This document shows, piece after piece, positions 34,784 through 42,089 of a stretch of 43,501 bases of DNA (position 1 is its first letter; each line of letters opens with the position of its first letter). The notes under the pieces are model-generated. The model was not told the DNA's origin. It searched no databases and worked only from the letters and a program-made list of their open reading frames with translations. Source of the stretch: an uncultured Gammaproteobacteria bacterium (GTDB taxonomy: Bacteria > Patescibacteriota > Microgenomatia > UBA1406 > GWC2-37-13). The position numbers were made by a program, and so were the translations under genes. The DNA lies in NCBI GenBank assembly GCA_964366485.1, contig CAYITZ010000001.1, forward strand, positions 1-43,501, written 5' to 3'.

Positions 34784-35883
34784 AAACATATTCTTATAAA
34801 TCGGTTTGTGAGATATTAAAGATAAATAACCATAATTATCCTCTATCTCAAGATCAAATTAAAGAATATTTCAATTATTTCATAAACTATTTAAAAGTTA
34901 GCAATCCAATAGACTTATTAGTAACTCATCATACGCTTGGTCTTTGTCATGGACTATATATATTAATGCTTGGGAGAGACCTGCATGATATTGACGCTAA
35001 TTATCATGGATCTTCTGGGAGTAAAAACGAACTCTTCAATAGATTCTCTAGATTTGATGAAGATATAATGTCAGAAATTGCAGTTTTAGGTGAGCTATCG
35101 AGAAATGGCTGTAAGCTAGAATTTTATTCTGAATCACAAGGAGCTCATCCAGATGGATTATTGTATTTGGGCAATACCCAATACCATATTGACGTTACTA
35201 AAGTTCATTGGGAAAACAAAGAGGGCTTAGGGTTGTCAACATTAAATTCATTGTTAGAGAAAAGACCTGATATATTAAATAAGTATAAAGACAAAACAAT
35301 AGTAATTTGCCCAAAACAATCATTTCAAATTTTTATAAGAAATATGTTATCTAACTCTACTATTGCTGATCCTCTTACTTTATTTCCGGATGAAATTGAA
35401 ATACATGATAAGATCCTAAAAGGTGATGACTTTACAGGCTTTTCTTATGAAGCTAGAATAGATGGATCAATAATCAAACTAGTTGTAAAGGACATTATGG
35501 GAGCTATTCATAGTAAATTAATAGACAAGTCTGAACGATATATTCACTCTAAAATTGGATTAATTGTTTATATAGATATGTCTCGACTTGATTGTATGGA
35601 TTCTAAGGAATTAATATGGAGAGCTCAAAATTCGTTAAAAGATTTTCCAAATATCAGTGGATTAGTTCTACTCGATAGGTTTGCAATTGATTTCGAAAAT
35701 CAAAATTTTGATCTATTTAATAGATGTTATTTCATTATAAATGAAACAGCGATCCATAGAATTGAGATAAATTCTTATCAAAAAAATCCACAGAACATGA
35801 AGGAAATAGTCAAACTTATTTTATCTAAAGATAATTTAATCACTAATACAAACGGAGCTTATATTGCTAATATATCAATATAA
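34780..35883 (+). CDS. hypothetical protein (367 aa), possible degenerate PD-(D/E)xK nuclease-like core
   Basis: SEIAVLGEL ... GAHPDGLLYLGNTQYHIDVTKV resembles E...PD...D-x-x-K, an imperfect match to the motif. The coding sequence is visibly AT-rich. Confidence 0.5.
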   Translation: MKTYSYKSVCEILKINNHNYPLSQDQIKEYFNYFINYLKVSNPIDLLVTHHTLGLCHGLYILMLGRDLHDIDANYHGSSGSKNELFNRFSRFDEDIMSEIAVLGELSRNGCKLEFYSESQGAHPDGLLYLGNTQYHIDVTKVHWENKEGLGLSTLNSLLEKRPDILNKYKDKTIVICPKQSFQIFIRNMLSNSTIADPLTLFPDEIEIHDKILKGDDFTGFSYEARIDGSIIKLVVKDIMGAIHSKLIDKSERYIHSKIGLIVYIDMSRLDCMDSKELIWRAQNSLKDFPNISGLVLLDRFAIDFENQNFDLFNRCYFIINETAIHRIEINSYQKNPQNMKEIVKLILSKDNLITNTNGAYIANISI

Positions 35884-35903
35884 CTTATAATATAATAAAC
35901 AAC

Positions 35904-36353
35904 ATGAACACATCGCAAAAAATAATCTTAATCATTTCGGGTTTGCTTTTTTCTTTTAACACTTTTTATTATTACTATGACGTAAAAGAGTTCAATCCAA
36001 TTAAATGGATAATTTATAAAACTACTTATGAACCTAATGCAAAAGATATATATAAAGAATGTGCCTCTGTAAATTTAAACAGATATAAGAAATTAGGTTG
36101 TGAAGGAAATAGGGACAGATTAAGAAATGGCGAATGTATGGAATTAGAAGATGATAAATCGTTTAATCCTGATTCAGTATGCAAGCTTAAATCTCCCCCC
36201 CTGTTAATTCTTATTGAGAGAAAAATAAATTATACAAAATATAGAGCTATATATGGACCTAATATAAATGACCTGCTAATAGTTGATACAACAATTATTG
36301 TTCTTACTTTTATTGCTTTTGTTTTAACAAAGGATATTAAAATCAAAAATTAA
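35904..36353 (+). CDS. hypothetical bitopic membrane protein with a four-Cys central domain
   Basis: N- and C-terminal hydrophobic helices. Central segment CASVN...GCEGN...GECME...SVC. Confidence 0.5.
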   Translation: MNTSQKIILIISGLLFSFNTFYYYYDVKEFNPIKWIIYKTTYEPNAKDIYKECASVNLNRYKKLGCEGNRDRLRNGECMELEDDKSFNPDSVCKLKSPPLLILIERKINYTKYRAIYGPNINDLLIVDTTIIVLTFIAFVLTKDIKIKN

Positions 36354-36393
36354 CATAATTACTTCTCAACATAATTAACGTTTTATATAAAAA

Positions 36394-37260
36394 ATGAAAA
36401 AAAATTATCTAAATTCATTAGCAATTTTTGAAACCTATAAAATTCGTCGTATCTATGATGAAAGAAAAGAAATGTGGTATTTTTCTGTGATTGATATTAT
36501 TTCCGCTTTGACAGAACAGGCTAACTTTAAAAAAGCAAAAAGTTATTGGTCAACTCTCAAAAATCGTTTAAAACAAGAGGGAAGTGAGTTGGTCACAAAA
36601 TGTGACCAACTGAAAATGCAATCCGCTGATGGAAAATTTTATATGACTGATGCGGCAAATGTTGAGACAATTCTTCGCATAATACAGTCAGTGCCCTCAA
36701 AAAAGGCTGAACCTATAAAACTTTGGCTCGCACGTGTTGGGTACGAACGAATGCAAGAAATGACCGATCCGGAAAAAGCACTAAATCGTAGTCGTGATTA
36801 TTGGCAGAAAATGGGTAGGAGTCAAAAATGGATACAACAAAGAATGATGGGTCAGGAGATTAGAAATAAATTAACAGACTATTGGAAAGATCACCGAGTT
36901 AAAGAACAAGACGAATACGCAATATTGACAAACATTATCCACAAAGAATGGAGCGATCTATCAGTTAAAGAGCATAAAAACTTAAAAAGCCTCAAAACAC
37001 AGAATTTGCGCGATCACATGACTGATGCTGAACTTGTTTTTACTGCGCTTGCGGAACTTTCGACTCGTCAGATTGCTGAAAATATGAAAAGCGAAGGATT
37101 GATGGAAAATAGGATTCCGGCAAAAAAGGGTGGTAAAATAGCCAAAGATGCCAGAATCGCACTTGAGCAAAAAACTGGAAGAAAAGTGGTAAGTGGAGAA
37201 AATTTTATTTTACCCCGTCAAGATACAAAGCGAAAATTTGACAAAAAAGTCTCATTTTGA
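36394..37260 (+). CDS. Bro-N domain protein, DinD (DNA-damage-inducible protein D)-like
   Basis: N-terminus FETYKIRRIYDERKEMWYFSVIDIISAL fits the Bro-N pattern. The remainder resembles DinD-family proteins that are common in mobile DNA. Confidence 0.55.
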   Translation: MKKNYLNSLAIFETYKIRRIYDERKEMWYFSVIDIISALTEQANFKKAKSYWSTLKNRLKQEGSELVTKCDQLKMQSADGKFYMTDAANVETILRIIQSVPSKKAEPIKLWLARVGYERMQEMTDPEKALNRSRDYWQKMGRSQKWIQQRMMGQEIRNKLTDYWKDHRVKEQDEYAILTNIIHKEWSDLSVKEHKNLKSLKTQNLRDHMTDAELVFTALAELSTRQIAENMKSEGLMENRIPAKKGGKIAKDARIALEQKTGRKVVSGENFILPRQDTKRKFDKKVSF

Positions 37261-37266
37261 TATGAT
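37238..37266 (+). promoter_or_regulatory. promoter for the glmS leader (TTGACA-17-TATGAT)
   Basis: TTGACA 37238-37243, 17-nt spacer, TATGAT 37261-37266. Overlaps the stop of the upstream gene. The predicted TSS is about 27 nt before the putative ribozyme cleavage site. Confidence 0.55.
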
Positions 37267-37299
37267 TTAATAGGCTCAGATGTGAAGATTTATTAAAAA

Positions 37300-37490
37300 G
37301 AGCGTGTGGTCCCGCCTTTGGCGAGGATTACGAGGAGAGGGGTCTCGACGTAAAGTCGGACAATCGGAAACAATTTTTCAAAATTGTATATCTACGGAAA
37401 CCCTCAAGGCACAACTGTTGTCTTGAATATGTTTTTTAAACCCCCGCAGTAATGTGGGGATCAAAGAAAACATAACACAGTCCTTCATCC
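37300..37490 (+). ncRNA. probable glmS ribozyme (GlcN6P-dependent self-cleaving riboswitch)
   Basis: Lies in the 5' UTR of glmS. A-GCG at 37301-37304 (cleavage-site context). P1-like hairpin UCCCGCC-UUU-GGCGAGGA followed by UUACGAGGAG (consensus GACGAGG). GAGGG...CCCUC pairing encloses CGAC-GUAAA-GUCGG and ACGGAAACCCUCAAGG (compare B. subtilis CGGCGGAUGCCUCCCGG). 3' domain CCCCGCA-GUAA-UGUGGGGAUCAAAGAAAACAU (compare GGGGGUGA...GAACAAAGAGAAAUCACAU). Confidence 0.55.
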
Positions 37491-37572
37491 TGGCTACATT
37501 ATTAATTCGTGATTCGTATAACGTGTAACGCAAAACGTTTCACGCTACACGTTTCGCAATGACTTAACGATT

Positions 37573-39342
37573 ATGTGTGGTATTTTTGCTGTAGTTAATG
37601 ATAAACACAATTCGAGTGCTCAAACGGTTCTTGAAGGATTAAAAAAGCTTGAGTATCGTGGTTATGATTCATGGGGCATCGCGATTAAGCCAATGGGCGT
37701 AAATAAACTTCAAGTTGAAAAGCATGTGGGAAAAATCGGGCAAGCGACTACCTCCTTGCCGAAAGGCTCTATTGCTATTGGCCATACCCGCTGGGCTACT
37801 CATGGCGGTGTAACTGATGCAAACGCCCATCCTCACTTGGACTGCTCGGGACAGATTGCAGTTCTCCATAATGGCATTGTGGAAAATTATCAAGAACTAA
37901 AAGCAAAGCTTTTGGCCAAAGGTCATGTTTTTATTTCCGAAACTGACACGGAAGTGATTGCCCATCTTATCGAAGAAAAGCAAAAAACCGCAAAGATAGA
38001 AACCGCGGTATTTGAAACCTTTAAAGAACTTGCCGGTTCAAATGCCATAGCAGTGCTTGACAGTAAGACCGAATCGGTCATTGCCTGCCGAAATGGTTCT
38101 CCACTCGTAGTCGGAATGGGAAAAGAGGATTACTATCTTGCCTCCGATGTGCCTGCTTTTTTGAAATTTACCAATGCTGTTCACTTTTTGTTAGACGGCG
38201 AGGCGGTAATATTAACCAAAATTGGTGTATCCCTGCATGATGTTGAAACACATGCAAAAAAAAATCTGGTCATTCAACGTCTTGACTGGAAAGTTGAGGA
38301 TGCGGAAAAAGGAGGATATCCCCACTTCCTGCTGAAGGAAATTATGGAGCAGAAGAAAACAATTCCAAAAACATCCCAGATAAACATTGAAGAACTGCAG
38401 AAAATTGCTGAAAGAATAAAAATACACAAAAAAGTTGTCATGACTGCGTGTGGAACCGCGTCCTACTGCGCCCTTGCCGCAAAATATTTCTTTGCAAAGT
38501 CAGGCATCCAAGCTCAAAGCTATCCTGCATACGAATTTTTACCTTTTGCAAAGTTCTGTGATAAAGATACCGTGTTTATCGCTATATCTCAAAGCGGGGA
38601 AACTGCAGATACTTTAATTGCGGCTCGAGCAGCAAAAAAAGTAGGAGCATACATAGTTGCTGTTATAAATGCCCGCGGGTCAACTCTTGAACGATTAGCT
38701 GACAGTGTCCTTCTCGTCGGAGCTGGACCGGAGATTGCAGTCGTATCAACTAAAGCATTCACTTCACAACTTGCAACACTCTATTTACTTGCTCATGAGG
38801 TTGGCGGAAACATTTTACTAGCGAAGAAAAATCTGCAACACCTGGGTCAAGTTCTTGAAGATTGGTTAAATCAAGAGTTATTAGATAAAGTAATCACCCT
38901 TGCCAAAGACATTTTGAGCCATGAAGATATGTACTTAATTGGCAAGCATTTAAATTATCCCAGCACTCTCGAATTTGCGCTCAAAATCAAAGAGGCAAGT
39001 TATATCCATGCTGAACCATTCGCCGCGGGTGAATTAAAACATGGAGTTATTTCTCTTATTCAAAAAGGGACTATTTGTTTTGTACTTGCCAGCAATGATG
39101 AGGTGAAGAACGAAGTTTTGTCAAGTGCGGCAGAGTTGAAAGCTCGAGGTGCATACATCATTGGAATTGCCCCGTTTCAATCTTCCGAATTTGATACCAC
39201 CATACAAACACCGGATGTGGGAGATTTGACGCTTTTCCCCAATGTGATTGTGGGCCAGTTATTGGGATACTTCTTGGGGATTGGTCGGGGAACCGATCCT
39301 GACAAACCAAGAAACCTCGCCAAAAGCGTAACGGTTAAGTAG
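37573..39342 (+). CDS. glmS: glutamine--fructose-6-phosphate aminotransferase
   Basis: MCGIFAV Ntn-Cys start, HTRWATHG, two SIS domains (ISQSGETADT), C-terminal KPRNLAKSVTV. Confidence 0.95.
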   Translation: MCGIFAVVNDKHNSSAQTVLEGLKKLEYRGYDSWGIAIKPMGVNKLQVEKHVGKIGQATTSLPKGSIAIGHTRWATHGGVTDANAHPHLDCSGQIAVLHNGIVENYQELKAKLLAKGHVFISETDTEVIAHLIEEKQKTAKIETAVFETFKELAGSNAIAVLDSKTESVIACRNGSPLVVGMGKEDYYLASDVPAFLKFTNAVHFLLDGEAVILTKIGVSLHDVETHAKKNLVIQRLDWKVEDAEKGGYPHFLLKEIMEQKKTIPKTSQINIEELQKIAERIKIHKKVVMTACGTASYCALAAKYFFAKSGIQAQSYPAYEFLPFAKFCDKDTVFIAISQSGETADTLIAARAAKKVGAYIVAVINARGSTLERLADSVLLVGAGPEIAVVSTKAFTSQLATLYLLAHEVGGNILLAKKNLQHLGQVLEDWLNQELLDKVITLAKDILSHEDMYLIGKHLNYPSTLEFALKIKEASYIHAEPFAAGELKHGVISLIQKGTICFVLASNDEVKNEVLSSAAELKARGAYIIGIAPFQSSEFDTTIQTPDVGDLTLFPNVIVGQLLGYFLGIGRGTDPDKPRNLAKSVTVK

Positions 39343-39871
39343 GTAACATCTCCAAGAGACGTGGCAAAGAGGCACTAGGAAGTCGCATTAATTCTTTAAA
39401 GGTCTCCGTTAACGAGAGGGCTATTATATCTCTCGTCTTATTATTGTTTCCGTTGTCAGGGAAGAGATCGGTATAGAAATACAAGTAATTGAGTGCCGGG
39501 TGAGTAGGTGGGACGTTGCTGAAATGTCCATTAATCAGCTTAGAAAAAAGGTCGAATACTGAATAATCATTATTTTTCATCACTTGCTGTCTATGCTTTT
39601 TTCCTTGTGGTAAATGTTTTTTTATATCATTTAATTCTTCGTGAGTAAGTACACCCAAGACGGGAGACATCCGAGTTACTCCCAACTTCTTCATAAGTGC
39701 AAAAGTTTTTTGTGGATTAATCATGAATGCATCAACTATCTTTCCTATGACTATCCGTCTTCGAAGTGGTCCATGCGGTTCAACTGCAAATATTCTTTGT
39801 AAATCCTCATTCGTGACAAGGGGAATTACTTGTGGCACGGCAACGTCAAATCCAAACCATGCCGATTGCAT
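39335..39871 (-). CDS. hypothetical protein (178 aa), third gene of the cassette
   Basis: Long ORF with no recognisable motif. Its stop codon overlaps the glmS 3' end by 8 nt (convergent). Confidence 0.55.
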   Translation of the reverse strand: MQSAWFGFDVAVPQVIPLVTNEDLQRIFAVEPHGPLRRRIVIGKIVDAFMINPQKTFALMKKLGVTRMSPVLGVLTHEELNDIKKHLPQGKKHRQQVMKNNDYSVFDLFSKLINGHFSNVPPTHPALNYLYFYTDLFPDNGNNNKTRDIIALSLTETFKELMRLPSASLPRLLEMLPT

Positions 39872-39885
39872 GATGGCCCGAGCGG

Positions 39886-40677
39886 CTAGCTCAACATATA
39901 TATCCTTTCGTTCAAGAATGTCAGGCTCCGGGAAATCAATGATATACCCTGCTTATTCTTACGTGGAAGTGTCTTTACGTCTATTTCAAATTGATCATCC
40001 TGAGTATGGCGAGCTCTCACTCTATCGGTTGATAGGCCGTCTTTACCTCGAATATCAAGTTGGTTCGGGTCAGCCACATCGAGAGTGATTGACGCCGAAT
40101 AATCCTTAGCGATCCATTCACTTGGATTGTGTTCTTTGCCAAATCCATTTACCTTTCTTGTACCAACGGTAAACTCAAGCCTATTGAGCCCGCCTGTGGT
40201 TGTAGGAAGAATTTCTGCTTCCCATCCACACTCTACACTTGAGTTATATGGGTCGGGAAGAAATCTATGAAACTCAACTTTTGATTTTACTTCTTCTATT
40301 ATCTGTTTTAGAACACCTGCATCTTTAACTTTAAAATCCCAATCGGGGTCATTGAGCACCGTGTCTAATGACAGTTCGGTAATAGTGTCTGCTACTTTTG
40401 CTAATATTTCAGCATAATCATACCTCCCTCGCTCTAATTCTTGCTTTAATACATGCGTGAAAAAGGAAACTATTCCCATTCCGCGTAGTTTTTGTTTATA
40501 AATTCCTCCATTTTGTACAAATTTTGTCTCTGCTTTTTGTGTCAGGGTTAATGCTCTAAACCCACGCAGGTCAGGATGATACCTATTCAACACTACTTCA
40601 CGAAACAGAGCTCGCCCACTCTCGAGCATCCCATTCCGAAATTCCTGTGAACTTAGGGATTTACGTTGATGTTCCAT
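39886..40677 (-). CDS. hypothetical protein (263 aa), second gene of the cassette
   Basis: Long ORF, visibly more GC-rich than its neighbours. 17-nt overlap with the upstream ATPase gene. No recognisable motif. Confidence 0.6.
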   Translation of the reverse strand: MEHQRKSLSSQEFRNGMLESGRALFREVVLNRYHPDLRGFRALTLTQKAETKFVQNGGIYKQKLRGMGIVSFFTHVLKQELERGRYDYAEILAKVADTITELSLDTVLNDPDWDFKVKDAGVLKQIIEEVKSKVEFHRFLPDPYNSSVECGWEAEILPTTTGGLNRLEFTVGTRKVNGFGKEHNPSEWIAKDYSASITLDVADPNQLDIRGKDGLSTDRVRARHTQDDQFEIDVKTLPRKNKQGISLISRSLTFLNERIYMLS

Positions 40678-41977
40678 GGGTATGTGTCTGCAGTTTATAA
40701 CCCTTTCCTTTCACTATTTGAATCATTTCCTTATTAAATCCCAGCCCAGAAAGTTTTTTTCTGATTCTTGAAATGGTTTTATCTATTGCCCAATTGGAGT
40801 ATTTGTCAAGATATACGCTTCCCCAAATGGTTTTTGCCAACGTGTCACGATCAACCAGGGATTTTTTATTGTTATATAAAAGCACTAGCGTTTTGTACTC
40901 ATTTTGGGTGAGTGCGCTATCAAGAGGGTATGATCCCAACATTAACTCGCCATCAACATTTTTATTTATTGATAAATTTTGATTAGTTCTATTTAATACA
41001 TGTTCAAGGATAGGCAACGAGATCAGCCATTTACGCCCAATTTTCTTTGTTACTTTTAGTTGATCAAAATAATCAATCACGAGCTTTTCCTCCTGAGTGA
41101 ACTTATCTATGCGGAACATAATTTTTCTGCATACTTCCTTTTCCACTATTCCAAATAGGTTGTAAAATATTTTCATCTTCTGTCTCACTTCGGTGTCGTC
41201 CAATATATTTTGGAGATTAAGTTTGGGGGCACTTCCAAATTTACGGAGAGCAGTTTTTACTAATAGATTATTGCAGTAAAAAAAAGAGAGAGCTTCCTTT
41301 TGCAGAGATGATAATTTATAATTCCATCTTTTTGCTAGAACATTCAGAAAATATTCTGATTCTTTGTTTGTGGGTAACGGAATATTTATTTGATTTTGAA
41401 TTAATGTATATGATTTATCACTTATTGAGAATAAAGGCAGACAATCAAAATTGCATATATTAAAAATTGTGTGTATTTTATTTCTGTTGGTGAATACGAT
41501 ATTTGAAAGTATTTGTATCAGTTTTTGATGATGGCGATGCTCAATGGATTCGACCTCATCAATTATGAAGACAACGTGGCGGTCTTTTATTGTTAGGGCC
41601 GAGCACTGGTTAACTATTTTCTTGTATAATTCATACTCCGAAAGGTTTGCAATATTTTGTCTTAGGACTCCGTTTTTTTCTGCAAGCTCACAGTATAAAT
41701 ACTGCAAAAGTCCCTGTGTGAAATTGTCACTAAGTATCAGGCTTAAATCGACTTGGATAAAGCAATAGTGTGATTCCATGGAGCCGAAATATTGTCTAGT
41801 GCAGTTTTTACTGAATATCTCCTTTAAAAAAATAGATTTTCCGGTATGGGGGAACCATTTGACGACGACTGATTCACCTTTTTGAATTGGTGCAAGGATT
41901 TTTATTGCAAGTGAATCAAGAAGCTCCTGAGGAAATGCATAGACAGTATCTCTCTTATTTTTGTCAGATTGTGTCAT
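40661..41977 (-). CDS. ATPase (degenerate P-loop, ORC/Cdc6- or STAND-like) with a C-terminal OmpR/PhoB-type winged-helix DNA-binding domain
   Basis: WFPHTGKSIFL (Walker A-like), VVFIIDEVE (Walker B). The C-terminus LTQNEYKTLVLLYNNKKSLVDRDTLAKTIWG...AIDKTISRIRKKL...IQIVKGKGYKL is a clear Trans_reg_C pattern. Confidence 0.7.
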   Translation of the reverse strand: MTQSDKNKRDTVYAFPQELLDSLAIKILAPIQKGESVVVKWFPHTGKSIFLKEIFSKNCTRQYFGSMESHYCFIQVDLSLILSDNFTQGLLQYLYCELAEKNGVLRQNIANLSEYELYKKIVNQCSALTIKDRHVVFIIDEVESIEHRHHQKLIQILSNIVFTNRNKIHTIFNICNFDCLPLFSISDKSYTLIQNQINIPLPTNKESEYFLNVLAKRWNYKLSSLQKEALSFFYCNNLLVKTALRKFGSAPKLNLQNILDDTEVRQKMKIFYNLFGIVEKEVCRKIMFRIDKFTQEEKLVIDYFDQLKVTKKIGRKWLISLPILEHVLNRTNQNLSINKNVDGELMLGSYPLDSALTQNEYKTLVLLYNNKKSLVDRDTLAKTIWGSVYLDKYSNWAIDKTISRIRKKLSGLGFNKEMIQIVKGKGYKLQTHTHGTST

Positions 41978-41989
41978 GTTTTAGTCAGA

Positions 41990-42018
41990 ATTATATCATA
42001 TTTTGTCTTTATTGTCAA
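41990..42018 (-). promoter_or_regulatory. perfect consensus sigma70 promoter (TTGACA-17-TATAAT) for the ATPase-wHTH cassette
   Basis: Minus strand: -35 at 42018-42013, -10 at 41995-41990, ATG 12 nt downstream. Confidence 0.6.
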
Positions 42019-42089
42019 GCATGCGGAGCTTTATGACGATATAATTCGATTGTTACCAATTTCCTGGCCTCAAATACGGTAATTGAAGG

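Noticed and set aside
39872-39885. The 263-aa and 178-aa ORFs as one gene split by a frameshift
   Set aside because: The two frames differ and each has its own plausible start and stop. Without a homolog I have no evidence for a fused ancestor, so I kept them as separate genes.
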